From positions 25,324 through 89,323 of the IMG/VR virus record IMGVR_UViG_3300009788_000003: a stretch of DNA of 64,000 nt. One strand, written 5' to 3'. This document shows, in pieces, positions 18,538-28,519 of the stretch (positions are counted from its first letter, which is position 1; the number at the start of each line of letters is the position of its first letter). Below the pieces are notes generated by a model. That model worked only from the letters and a program-made list of their open reading frames with translations. It searched no databases and was not told the origin of the DNA. A program made the position numbers and the translations under genes. Origin of the DNA: a virus.

Positions 18538-18887
18538 TAAAAATCTCTCCATGAAGTCCGAACAAATTCTTTAGTAAGATCACCATTCGGAAATTTGGTA
18601 ACAAGAAAAACTTCGTGCTTAACTTTATTGCCTGACTTGTCCCAAGTGAATTGAGCAGAACCTTCTTTAGTTGAATCGAAAACAGCAGCAGTGGTTTCCC
18701 ATTGTTGGCTACCATCATTCCACTCAACTTTTTTACCTTTCTTCAAAGCCTGTTTACCTTCTTCTATGGCTTCAGCAACAACACCCGCACCAAAGGCAAC
18801 AGTTAAAGTATTTTCCTTATCACGGAAAACCTTAACAGTGGTTTTGGGGCTATTCTTTAATAGTGCTTTTGCGTCTTTTTTATTCAT
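18537..18887 (-). CDS. Hypothetical protein (probably a leaderless mRNA)
   Basis: The ATG sits 7 nt downstream of the -10 box of the promoter at 18894-18921. Confidence 0.55.
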   Translation of the reverse strand: MNKKDAKALLKNSPKTTVKVFRDKENTLTVAFGAGVVAEAIEEGKQALKKGKKVEWNDGSQQWETTAAVFDSTKEGSAQFTWDKSGNKVKHEVFLVTKFPNGDLTKEFVRTSWRDF

Positions 18888-18893
18888 ATACTA

Positions 18894-18921
18894 ATAATAG
18901 CATACTAGTATTATTTGTCAA
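18894..18921 (-). promoter_or_regulatory. Sigma70 promoter TTGACA-16-TATTAT
   Basis: TTGACAAATAATACTAGTATGCTATTAT; the 18-bp palindrome lies just upstream at 18928-18945. Confidence 0.75.
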
Positions 18922-18950
18922 TAGATATTTGATCTTAATATCAAATTAAT

Positions 18951-19487
18951 TTACCTGACAATATCCATACAATTATCGATTCGATCACGAATAGCCAACA
19001 TTTCAGTTGGGTCATAATGACTTACAAATTTATATTGCTCTGAAGTTTCAACCGCAGTAGAAAGATATTCATCACGAACAAATTCAACAGGCTCATAAAC
19101 CATAGAACCATTCTCTAGGGTACTTGGATATTGGTTGAAGAATACTTTAATCCTGCCCCACAAAGTTTTTCTATCAGCTTCCAGATTCATGATACCAATT
19201 GTCTTGATCAAGATAGCCATGAACATTCCGGTTCGACCAATACCACCCATGCACCCAAGATAGATCACACCATCTTCAGTCAGGATTTTTAAAGCTTGGA
19301 AAAGAGCACCGTCTACTTGATGATTGGTAGGTACACCGAAATCAGGAATATCTAAAACGACATCCGCAGTAGATTCAATTTCTTGTGCGAGTTTTACGCC
19401 TCTTATTTCGTGCGGTCTGTCTCGGTATGGGCCGCCCATTACCGTGACTTTGCGCCCTAACAATTTTGTTTCTATCATTCCATTCAT
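18951..19487 (-). CDS. Second Cys-based (PTP / dual-specificity-like) phosphatase
   Basis: IPDFGVP, LGCMGGIGRTG and VRDEYLSTAVETSEQ; paralogous motifs to 16836-17525. Confidence 0.85.
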   Translation of the reverse strand: MNGMIETKLLGRKVTVMGGPYRDRPHEIRGVKLAQEIESTADVVLDIPDFGVPTNHQVDGALFQALKILTEDGVIYLGCMGGIGRTGMFMAILIKTIGIMNLEADRKTLWGRIKVFFNQYPSTLENGSMVYEPVEFVRDEYLSTAVETSEQYKFVSHYDPTEMLAIRDRIDNCMDIVR

Positions 19488-19863
19488 TTCTATCCCCTAC
19501 AATTTGCTTACCCGTACAATTCGGACAAGCGATTAATTTAAAATCTAAACCTTCTTTACAATCTTTACATCCTGCCCCATCACAAAAACTACACGGGTCT
19601 CCCACTTCAATTGTCTGTGAATCAAAACACACGTTACAATGAAACGTAAAATACCGTGCATACCTATTCAAATGAAAAAGTGTGACCCCAACAATTTCCC
19701 TGTTATTTCGATTAACAACGATATTGTTATATCTTATGTTCCCTAATTTATGGTCACAGGGACTTCCATTCTTGATGTACGAAAGTACATCTGCATAAGT
19801 GTGTTCATTGTGCAGGGCTAATAAATCTTCCTTAGCCCCTTTACTAAATTTGTGTAACATCAT
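19375..19863 (-). CDS. Cys-rich Zn-finger protein (DnaJ-like CxxCxGxG)
   Basis: CNVC, CSFCDGAGCKDC and CPNCTG. Confidence 0.55.
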   Translation of the reverse strand: MMLHKFSKGAKEDLLALHNEHTYADVLSYIKNGSPCDHKLGNIRYNNIVVNRNNREIVGVTLFHLNRYARYFTFHCNVCFDSQTIEVGDPCSFCDGAGCKDCKEGLDFKLIACPNCTGKQIVGDRNEWNDRNKIVRAQSHGNGRPIPRQTARNKRRKTRTRN

Positions 19864-20151
19864 TTACCCGTTGCGTTTTTTCTGCCCACGGTCAATTGTA
19901 ATACTTCTGGGGGCATCAACCAACACCCTACAGAACCCATCCCGATTCGTATCAGTTCCCAACATCATTTTAACATCAGTAGTGACAGCAACATATTTCA
20001 AATCATTGATGACCAATTGTTGCGTCATATATCTCCCATGAACTGTAATCTGGGTTTGCTTCGGATTTAAAATCTTGTCTATCGTTATCAGTAAATCACC
20101 CACCCAAATTTCATTATCCTTTTCTAAATTCATCCCAAGAACTAAAGCCAT
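19864..20151 (-). CDS. CsrA/RsmA-like RNA-binding protein with an internal insertion
   Basis: N-terminal MALVLGM...EIWVGDLLITI and C-terminal RVLVDAPRSITIDR match the two ends of CsrA (MLILTR..GE.I.IGD.I.V ... VRIGI.AP..V.IHR). Confidence 0.6.
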   Translation of the reverse strand: MALVLGMNLEKDNEIWVGDLLITIDKILNPKQTQITVHGRYMTQQLVINDLKYVAVTTDVKMMLGTDTNRDGFCRVLVDAPRSITIDRGQKKRNG

Positions 20152-20152
20152 T

Positions 20153-20581
20153 TTATTTGCCCCCGTGCCATTTTGTTATTACTATTTTATGAGCAGTCCA
20201 CAAGGAACCACCCAACCTTCCTTTTCGATCTTCCAAAGCAGTTATCAATCCTCTCTTCCTTAAAATAGAAAGATTGGTTGTTGCCTTGTCAACCGTGATA
20301 CTCAACTGTCTTGCAATTTGCTGAGAAGTTAAATCTCCCAGAGCAACCAAGCATCCTAAAATTTGTGAAAGCTGACTTCCCCTGACAGGAAGCACAACAG
20401 TAGTTAATTTAATCGGAACCCTAGTGAGAGTTACCCCATCTATTTTAAGGTACAGAAACTTGTTCAGTCCACAAACGCAATGTTGTACAACCGAATCTTC
20501 TTCAAATTTAATCCAAGACCACGCCCCACATTTGGGGCAAGCTAGAGCCATAAGAAAGGTCATCAGCAAAAAAAGTGTCAT
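20153..20581 (-). CDS. Zn-ribbon plus winged-HTH transcription regulator
   Basis: CPKC...HCVCG, then LTSQQIARQLSITVDKATTNLSILRKRGLI. Confidence 0.7.
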   Translation of the reverse strand: MTLFLLMTFLMALACPKCGAWSWIKFEEDSVVQHCVCGLNKFLYLKIDGVTLTRVPIKLTTVVLPVRGSQLSQILGCLVALGDLTSQQIARQLSITVDKATTNLSILRKRGLITALEDRKGRLGGSLWTAHKIVITKWHGGK

Positions 20582-20585
20582 GAGT

Positions 20586-22523
20586 CTAACCTATATGTAT
20601 TCGTTTTTCGAGAAGACCTAATGCACTTTCCATTGCAACAACCCGTGCAGATAATCCCAACTGCTCACTAATTTGATGGAAAGTTTCAGCATCACCCATA
20701 ACATTTTCAATAAAATCTTTTTCGATGTACCCGATAAAATCAGGGTTCATAACATCAGCCATAGTTTTATAAGGCTTAGCAACTTGCTCAGTTACCCAAG
20801 TTCCTGAATCAAAAAATACGTTAGTCATTGCAGGATTATTACAAATAGCTTCATCCAATTCACGGGCAACTTCCATTGCTTCAGGGTTGGGGTCTCCAAG
20901 AAAATTACTGACTTTATCCCTACGCTCAGGATTAAGAAGAACAACCTTATCAAAACGATCAGCCAAATCAGCAAGTTCAGTAGCAGACAAACCTTCAACC
21001 GGAACCCCAATTTTATAAATGTAATCTTCAAGGCTCAGGGCTTCATTATAATTCTCAACCTTAATCCAATCATTTTCTGTAATGGCAACTTCAAAAAGAC
21101 TACCCAAAAGTTCAACAGGAATGTTGGTTGAAAAATCAAGATCAAAAGGTTTATCTGATAAAAAGACTTCACCTTTTTGACCATCGATCAGAACATACAT
21201 AGTTCCCAAAAGATTAGAAGCATCTGCAAACATAGGTTCAACATCAGGACAACCCACAACACAAGGCTTGTTCATTCCACGAGCAACAACAGCAGCGTGA
21301 CAAGTAGCTGAACCTCTGAAGGTCAAAATACCTTTAGCTTTTTCCATTGCCTTAATATCTTCAGGGGTAGTTTCTTCGGCAACCAGAATTGTATCTTCGT
21401 TGCTGTCCAGAACTTCCTTCACAGAAAAAGCAGCTTTACCTGTGGCGAAGTATCCACCAGAACCAATACCCTTTGCATTAGCTTTCTTTTTAAAATCAGC
21501 AGGGAGAACGGGAACCCGAAGTTTCATAAAAGTTCCTTCATTAATTCCATCACCCAATTCATCAATGATACCTTCTTCAAGAAGATCAAGAGCAATCTTG
21601 ATTTCTGCATATGAAGACCGCGCACCATTACGAGTTTGAAGAATAAACAGTTCACCATCTTCAACAGTGAATTCAATATCCTGCATATCCTTATTTTTCT
21701 TTTCAAGAATTTTACCAATCTCAACCAGTTCATTATAAAGATCGATGTTCCACTTTTTCATTTCAGAAATCGGGGGGGCAGTAATATGACCCGCAACAAC
21801 ATCTTCACCCTGACAATTGGTAAGGAAGTCTCCAAAAACTTTCTTCGCCCCAGAATCAGGATTACGAGTAAACATAACTCCTGAACCAGAGTTGTCATTG
21901 AAGTTTCCAAAAACCATAGATTGAATTATTACAGCAGTTCCCATATCGTTAGGAATCTTGTTCATCTTTCGATAGTGTGTGCAACGCTCATTATCAAAAG
22001 ACTTCCAAACTGCTTCAATTGAATTACGGATAACATCCCGCAATTCAGGAATGTGTTTTTTGATGGTCTTCATCCACTTAACAGGGTCTTCAATTTTTCC
22101 TTCATGACCCATAACAACACCCGCATACATTTCAACAAAACGTCTACGGCAATCTGCTTTCAAGTTTTTCTCTAAACCCTTGTCTTCGTAACCTGCCCCA
22201 ACATTCAAAACAGTATCCATCATTCCCGGCATTGAGATAGGCGCACCAGATCGAATCGATACAAGCTTATGAACCGATTCAGGATAAATGTGGGTATCCA
22301 GTGCTTCCATAACAGCATCAATTACTTGATCAAGTATGAGAGTCTTACCTGTAGGATTTGATTTGCGGTATTGATTACAAATGGCAGTAGGTATAACCAT
22401 GCCAGTAGGAACATTAAGACCATCCATTTTCATTTCAATCAGGTTATGACCTTTGCCACCGTTACTATTAACAGTAGACTTGTTATCAATTTGTCCTGAT
22501 GTGAAAAGGTTAATTAAATTCAC
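20586..22523 (-). CDS. PPDK-like dikinase (ATP-grasp plus phospho-His swivel domain) lacking the pyruvate-binding barrel
   Basis: GGKGHNL, LVSIRSGAPISMPGMMDTVLNVG, QGEDVVAG, DIEFTVEDGELFILQTR and the His motif GSATCHAAVVARG. It is only 645 aa and lacks the GLCRTEHMF-type barrel motifs. Confidence 0.9.
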   Translation of the reverse strand: MNLINLFTSGQIDNKSTVNSNGGKGHNLIEMKMDGLNVPTGMVIPTAICNQYRKSNPTGKTLILDQVIDAVMEALDTHIYPESVHKLVSIRSGAPISMPGMMDTVLNVGAGYEDKGLEKNLKADCRRRFVEMYAGVVMGHEGKIEDPVKWMKTIKKHIPELRDVIRNSIEAVWKSFDNERCTHYRKMNKIPNDMGTAVIIQSMVFGNFNDNSGSGVMFTRNPDSGAKKVFGDFLTNCQGEDVVAGHITAPPISEMKKWNIDLYNELVEIGKILEKKNKDMQDIEFTVEDGELFILQTRNGARSSYAEIKIALDLLEEGIIDELGDGINEGTFMKLRVPVLPADFKKKANAKGIGSGGYFATGKAAFSVKEVLDSNEDTILVAEETTPEDIKAMEKAKGILTFRGSATCHAAVVARGMNKPCVVGCPDVEPMFADASNLLGTMYVLIDGQKGEVFLSDKPFDLDFSTNIPVELLGSLFEVAITENDWIKVENYNEALSLEDYIYKIGVPVEGLSATELADLADRFDKVVLLNPERRDKVSNFLGDPNPEAMEVARELDEAICNNPAMTNVFFDSGTWVTEQVAKPYKTMADVMNPDFIGYIEKDFIENVMGDAETFHQISEQLGLSARVVAMESALGLLEKRIHIG

Positions 22524-22558
22524 TTACAACCTCCTAAGTTTTCAAGTGATATACCCTA

Positions 22559-22587
22559 AGCTTATACCATGAGTTAATATTTGTCAA
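22559..22587 (-). promoter_or_regulatory. Promoter TTGACA-17-TAAGCT for the dikinase operon
   Basis: Same architecture as the promoters at 50654-50682 and 63657-63685. Confidence 0.7.
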
Positions 22588-22749
22588 GCTATTTCTTTAA
22601 TTAATTTACGATAATCTTCAGACCCAAAAAACTGATTCTTTTTACTATCGTGCTTAATCAACGGATGCAAGTGAGTGCTGAAATACTTGTAATGGGGGCA
22701 ACTAAAAACCAAAGGCTTAGCACCCCACTTCCTGATTTGAATCAGGGCT

Positions 22750-23955
22750 TCATTCCGGTTTATCATCACCCAAAGATGATCGCTCATGTTTCACTTCCCG
22801 TTCCTTGATTTCCTTCTGCAATTTTTCTTTAGTCACTTCCCCACCTTCTGTCATTTCACTCAGGTAGTCCCTGATGATGATTCCATATCTGGGGTCTCCC
22901 GCAACATAACTAGGAACCCAAGTCCGTTTTTGAAGATGGTGGGGAAGCCTTCTGTGATTAGGCCAAAGCTGATAATGCCCCCTTCGAACATGCATGGCAA
23001 CCCCGCTAACAGGATTTTCTGAAGGTCTACTTTCTGTATAAACGGTCTTCGTAAAATCACCGATACTGCTCACAAAATAATTTGTATAAGGGGTTTGCTT
23101 TTTCTTGGTTCTTTTTCTGGCTATGCCTCTGGGAATTTCTACTTCCTTATAATAAACCCGTTGATGTCGATAGAAAAACAAAAACAGAACCACAATAGTC
23201 ATCATCGAAGTTCTAGCAACATCATTAAGATTTTCAATTAGAATTTCATCTTCCTTGAATGCTGATGCTTTCGATGTTTTAGAAGAATGAACAAAAGGCC
23301 CATAAATAAAATCTAATATCTTGTCTCCCCACAATAAATTTTGTTCCAATATTACTTCATCTTCAAATAATTCAACTATCTGTGGCTTACAACTTGCCAT
23401 ATAAATATCTTGTTTTCTGTTTGTAAAGTCATAGTCTTTATCTGAGATTGTGTGCATCATCGAAATCTCAATCATGGTATCAACAGATTCATCCAACTCA
23501 ATACGATAACTTTTAGTTACGTTCCGAATGCGAACACACACATCTTCAAGGACTTTACTATCTGGGGTTTCACATGCCCCAACATTGATAACCATATCTT
23601 CAAAAGGAAAATGACATTTGCCGTTCCTCATATCTTCAGCAGCAACTTTAATTAGACCAACAAGGTCATCTTCACTCAAAGTTTTTGCCAGATATTGCAA
23701 GTCATTTTCAAAATCTATAATAACAGGATATTGGTCATCTATACTCATTCCGCAATCTGCTGTCCAATAACAAAATTTATCCGTTCTAATTAGAGACTTT
23801 GCTACCTCTTCTTTAAGACCATCAAAATTCCCAAGTTCAACATCGTGCAGCCTTTTAAATTCTTCGGGGTAATTTATAAGAACATAACTATCAGACATCA
23901 CCCTGTATGAAAATTTAAGTTTGTCCCTTAGCCCCGCAATTTTCGATTTAAACAT
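22750..23955 (-). CDS. Hypothetical protein with a C-terminal HxRRGH motif
   Basis: 401 aa; HVRRGHYQLW...WVPSYVAGD; GGAGG RBS. Confidence 0.6.
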   Translation of the reverse strand: MFKSKIAGLRDKLKFSYRVMSDSYVLINYPEEFKRLHDVELGNFDGLKEEVAKSLIRTDKFCYWTADCGMSIDDQYPVIIDFENDLQYLAKTLSEDDLVGLIKVAAEDMRNGKCHFPFEDMVINVGACETPDSKVLEDVCVRIRNVTKSYRIELDESVDTMIEISMMHTISDKDYDFTNRKQDIYMASCKPQIVELFEDEVILEQNLLWGDKILDFIYGPFVHSSKTSKASAFKEDEILIENLNDVARTSMMTIVVLFLFFYRHQRVYYKEVEIPRGIARKRTKKKQTPYTNYFVSSIGDFTKTVYTESRPSENPVSGVAMHVRRGHYQLWPNHRRLPHHLQKRTWVPSYVAGDPRYGIIIRDYLSEMTEGGEVTKEKLQKEIKEREVKHERSSLGDDKPE

Positions 23956-23965
23956 TTTTAACCTC

Positions 23966-24460
23966 CTAGTTAAATATATCGAATCTAATTTTCGCCTCTA
24001 TAAAAAGTTCTTTGGAAAGTTCAATATCCACATGATGCTTTTCCATTTTCTCAGGGGATGATAGTAGAGTCACCACCCTTCCTAATTTCCTGCTGATGAT
24101 GCTAACCGTGCAAGGTACACACGGGGGGTAGGTCACATACAAAGTTCTGCCCACCAAATTCTTAGTTGAATTATCCATTGCATTTTTCTCAGCATGAATA
24201 ATCAGCTTGTGTTTCAAATCGTAATCATCCAACCTTTCTTTCAGATCAGCAATTCCTTCTGGGAATCCGTTGTACCCAATATCAATATCCCGTTTCCCGT
24301 TTGCAATGATTGCCCCAACTCCTGTCCGTGGGTCTTTACTCCACTGCGAAACGTGAAGGGCTAAATTCATTAACCGCATATCCCAATGAAGACCAACTTC
24401 TGTAGCCACAATATTATTGGAGTACACCCGTGCTAGTGGCTTGTTGTCAATTTGAATCAT
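23966..24460 (-). CDS. dCMP deaminase
   Basis: SKDPRTGVGA, GYNGFP, HAEKNA and PCVPC. Confidence 0.92.
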   Translation of the reverse strand: MIQIDNKPLARVYSNNIVATEVGLHWDMRLMNLALHVSQWSKDPRTGVGAIIANGKRDIDIGYNGFPEGIADLKERLDDYDLKHKLIIHAEKNAMDNSTKNLVGRTLYVTYPPCVPCTVSIISRKLGRVVTLLSSPEKMEKHHVDIELSKELFIEAKIRFDIFN

Positions 24461-25466
24461 CGTAGTTTTATAATCCCCTTTAGGAAATCACCTGTTGCAT
24501 CCCCTTCAGGAAATCTCTTAGTCAAATAGTTCATTGCCCTATCATTATCTTTCCAATACTTGATCAATAAATCAGTCACCAAAGATTCATCAATTATTTT
24601 AGATAGCTTTCTAACTCGCAATTTTTTTAGTTTTAGGAGTACCATAGTGGTTTCTAAAATCCCTCACTGCTAGTTTTTCGGTTTCGTACCTGTACCCCCT
24701 TACCCCGCACACAGGACATTCAACATGAAATGAATCACCGTTGTTATGAACGTCTGAAGGGGTTTCACACTCAGGGCAAAGAGTCAGCAGAGAAATAATT
24801 GTATGCTCTACCGTTCCCGTGTGTAATTTTGAAAGTAGTTTAGGCATTTGGAAGCACCCATTTAGCTTTATTCAAATTAGTAAGTGTAATTACTTTTTTA
24901 ATACGCTGAGCATGTGGATGCTTTGCACCTACAGTTTCAATAACAATAAAACAATCATTATTTTCCTCTTTTTCCTTCACTAACTTAAACCAAATATCGA
25001 TATCCGTTTCAGAGAAATCAAAAGTCAAATCATGATTAGCTACTTGATCAAGAAGATCACTAATCTTACCCATCATTAATCCTTCAAGGGTTTTCTTCGG
25101 GGGGTCAATTTGATAAACACCGTTTTCTTCTGGGTTAGCAGGGTCAATATGAAGAATAGCCTTTTCCCCCTCAACTAATTCAACCCCGTCAACTGTCATT
25201 GTCATTAATGGGTTAGCATCTTTCTCATCTTGCTCTATAAGGATTTTGAGATTAGTAACGGTCTCATTAAATTTTACATTCTTAGATTCTTCTTGGTTAA
25301 GCAGCCACATACAATAACTGTGTTGTTGTTCCATCAGCATAGACAGATTCATGCCCTTATGCTTTCCAAAATCAATCACATACTCTGCTGCCTTGACCAC
25401 ATCATCAGATGGGTCTTGCAGCTTTTGTTGCTGTTCAACTAATTGCCCGAAGGTCAGACTAGTCAT
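24457..25466 (-). CDS. Three coupled hypothetical ORFs (24840-25466 with an FGKHKG motif; 24611-24847 Zn-ribbon; 24457-24645)
   Basis: IDFGKHKGMNL...YCMWL; CPEC...CPVC; promoter CTGACA-18-TATAAT at 25508-25537. Confidence 0.55.
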
Positions 25467-25557
25467 AAGCCATACACCTTTTTGTATTTAGATTGTTCAT
25501 ACCTCCTATTATAACACATCTAAAAATTATTTGTCAGTTTATTTTTTGATCTTAGTA

Positions 25558-26124
25558 TCAAACCACTTCCAATAACTCCATCGTACCTAAAAGTTTTTCA
25601 AGTTTCCAACCAAGTGTTTCAACATCTGTATTATTCATAATTCGGTAGTCAATCAGGTCTGGTGAAATTCCATCTTCAGAAGAATGCTCTGCTTCGGTTC
25701 CCTCCAAAGATAACACACCTTCCCTGAGTAATTCGATCACTGCCCCACCACACGAATGAATCCAATTCGCTTCATTATTAAATCTGACATCGGTAACAAA
25801 TCCCAATCTAATAGAAGTGGGGGAACTCTGTATTTTTTCATTCAATCGATTAACCCAGAAATCCTTTGAAATTAAATCCCGTGCAAACTCGGTTCCAAGC
25901 TTTTGCAACATTTCCCGGTACGAGATTCCCCACCGTTCAGAAATCTCTTCCTTGTGTTCATAAAACTTCCCAACAGGCTCACCAAAAACCGCAGCACAAG
26001 AATGTTTCACTGCATCAGCAAAAGCAAATCTTTGGGCTAACGGGTGGTCTGGTCTTTTGAAATATTCCTCAACCATTGTGTCTTTTCCACATCTTGCCTT
26101 ACCTGTGATTCCGATTATTATCAT
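25558..26124 (-). CDS. Deoxynucleoside monophosphate kinase
   Basis: GITGKARCGKDT, FADAVK, REMLQKLGTE, TDVRFNNE and HSSE. Confidence 0.92.
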   Translation of the reverse strand: MIIIGITGKARCGKDTMVEEYFKRPDHPLAQRFAFADAVKHSCAAVFGEPVGKFYEHKEEISERWGISYREMLQKLGTEFARDLISKDFWVNRLNEKIQSSPTSIRLGFVTDVRFNNEANWIHSCGGAVIELLREGVLSLEGTEAEHSSEDGISPDLIDYRIMNNTDVETLGWKLEKLLGTMELLEVV

Positions 26125-26622
26125 TTAAAAAACCTCGATACAATTTTATGAACTACCAAATGAAATCCACGCGCAAAAAATCGGCGCGTGTAATATCTAC
26201 GAATATAAGAAGTCACAGTGAAAACCATGACTACCCCGAATGCAACCCCCGCACTTGACTTCGACACGTAGGAAGGGAACAGCACCGGAATGAGCCAAAG
26301 CATGACACACCAAGACACCACGAATCCACTTGCCATATCTGCACTTGCCTCAATGTGAGACTCAACCTTAGTTTGTTCCATCCCCGTATCCCCTACTATA
26401 TATGCCGTAGCTTTTAAACACTATCCCGTATGTTGTGGTTTACCTATCGCCAACAAATCCCTGCATGAATCTCAATCAATTTATGATTTTGGTGGGTAGT
26501 TAGCGCATGGTCATCACCCTTGTTAAACAGATCATCCACAAATTTACGCTCCCATTCATTTAAGTCAGGCTCATTTTCTGACTCCATGATTTCATCCAAC
26601 AATCTACTTTGCACTTTGTTCA

Positions 26623-26979
26623 TCAATAATCCTTGAAGACTGCATGACCTACCGAAACCATTTCTTCATTGATATTCATTTCCGTATGCTCACCCCTGTC
26701 CATCCAAAGCGTACCTATCCACCTTCCATACTTGCCCTTCTTATCCTTCAAAGTCGTTACAACCAAATCACCTGTCATGTTATGCAACAGTTCAACTAAA
26801 AATTTAGTGGAAGCAATACCTGCCATTTTTTCAGTAAGGTCTTTGGTTCTGGATTCTGGTGCATTGATTCCATGCAACCTAAATCTTTCATGAATGGTAA
26901 TCTTAAATCCAAGGTCTACCCATAGATCAACCGTGTCACCATCCACTACCCTGTCTATTTTGCATTTGTATTCAAACAT
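26623..26979 (-). CDS. Thermonuclease (SNase-like)
   Basis: RVVDGDTVD, RLHGINAPE, GKYGRWIG and INEEMV; ATG at 26979 with GGAGA RBS. Confidence 0.9.
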   Translation of the reverse strand: MFEYKCKIDRVVDGDTVDLWVDLGFKITIHERFRLHGINAPESRTKDLTEKMAGIASTKFLVELLHNMTGDLVVTTLKDKKGKYGRWIGTLWMDRGEHTEMNINEEMVSVGHAVFKDY

Positions 26980-27496
26980 TTTATCTCCCCGTGTGTTTTG
27001 CAACTTCGTGTTGTTGTAGTCCAACTTCAGCAACAAGTTTACCACAGTGGGGGCATTTTACTTTTGGTGATTTGCCCTTAGTGGCATGATGCTGTGGGTT
27101 GTTGGTTTGTTGTTTCTCTGGGATGTCAAAAATGCTTGGGTCATCATCTTCAACTTTCTCACCCCCGCATTCCGCGCATGTGTAGGGATAACCTTGCGGC
27201 TCCCTTCCATCAGAGCAACAACACAATTGGCAGATTTCCCCTTCAACTATTTGATCAGCAATATCACCCACCGTCTTTCTCCGTTGGGGGTTTTCCCGTG
27301 TACCTTCTGGATGTCGTTATGTCCATAAGAGATTCCACACTTTTCATAATTGCCCGTGCATCAGAATTAGACTGACCTTCTAAAGCATCAGCTATTTCAA
27401 CCATAGCCTGTCCATGTTTTCTTAATTCCTCAGATGGAACTTCGCAACGTGTATCTAATATTTCAAGAACACTATTTACCATTTCTATTTTAGTCA

Positions 27497-27868
27497 TTAT
27501 CCTAACCCCTCTATAAATTCTCGTATGTTGGTTTCATCGGAGAGCATTACCGCATTATGGATAACATATCCCGGCGATATTGGCCCCACGTAAGGAACGT
27601 CAAATTCCCCGAACTGATCAACCGTCATATCAACAATAGTATGTGACTCTTCATCGATGTTCTCTACCTGAATCCAACTATGGTCTTTCCCCGCAAACAC
27701 ACCCTGACACAAGTGAATGTTGTAAGTTGGAATACCTGTCTCTTTGATTTGGATTGCTAACCAAGTTAGGGCTTCATGACATCTACCGTAGGTACTGTCT
27801 AATCCCCTCTCTTCCAAAAACTTTGGCACATTAGCCAAAGCTGCTACTTGTCCCACTGTCGCGCTCAT
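27497..27868 (-). CDS. Small transglutaminase/papain-like protein
   Basis: Putative Cys-His-Asp triad: GRCHE, DHSWI and VDMTVDQF. Confidence 0.55.
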   Translation of the reverse strand: MSATVGQVAALANVPKFLEERGLDSTYGRCHEALTWLAIQIKETGIPTYNIHLCQGVFAGKDHSWIQVENIDEESHTIVDMTVDQFGEFDVPYVGPISPGYVIHNAVMLSDETNIREFIEGLG

Positions 27869-27946
27869 TTTACTATCCCCCAGATAAAAAAAATCCCGTT
27901 CCTGAAATAAATCAAGAACAGGATGCTCTACCCCTCCCCATTATTC

Positions 27947-28474
27947 TTACGCAGCATAACCATAAAGAAGTGCTTCAGCCCTAGCATATAATTCAGGATG
28001 TCCACCTTCCAAAGATTTCAACAGCAATTTGTTTTCGGCAACATAGACCTTTGCAAAATTCGGGTCATATTTAATTATAGTTGGAGTGTTGTGCAGAATA
28101 TCGGCAAGCTTGATTGTCTTAACTTCATTCGGGGCTTTAGCCAGATGTGCAGCAATCAAAGCCTTCCTGTGTTTTCTGTTTGTGGCAAAAGAATATTCCT
28201 TGTTGGTCAACCACTCAACATAAGTAGCAGCAACCATCCCACCAACCCTTTCAACATCAGTCAAGGTAAAGTCAGTGTCTTCAAGGATGTCATGCATCAT
28301 AGCAGCCGCAATCATATCCAGATCATAAACAACATCCCGAACAATCCGTGCAACTTCCATAGGATGTTCAACATAAGGTTCACCCGTATACTTTCGGGTC
28401 TGACCCTCATGAGCCATTGCTATAAACTCGATAACATAATCGATGTCGTGAATAAATTTCATGTTAGTTTCCAT
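27947..28474 (-). CDS. HD-domain small alarmone ((p)ppGpp) hydrolase-like protein
   Basis: AHEGQTRKYTGEPYVEHP, AMMHDILEDT and IKLADILHN are RelA/SpoT hydrolase / Mesh1 motifs. It has its own promoter (28481-28509) and terminator (27886-27924). Confidence 0.85.
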   Translation of the reverse strand: METNMKFIHDIDYVIEFIAMAHEGQTRKYTGEPYVEHPMEVARIVRDVVYDLDMIAAAMMHDILEDTDFTLTDVERVGGMVAATYVEWLTNKEYSFATNRKHRKALIAAHLAKAPNEVKTIKLADILHNTPTIIKYDPNFAKVYVAENKLLLKSLEGGHPELYARAEALLYGYAA

Positions 28475-28519
28475 ACGTTAATAGTACCATTCAGTAAATT
28501 ATTTGTCAATACTAAATAT

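Noticed and set aside
20586-22523. Ordinary pyruvate phosphate dikinase acting as a metabolic auxiliary gene
   Set aside because: It is too short and lacks the C-terminal PEP/pyruvate-binding barrel motifs.
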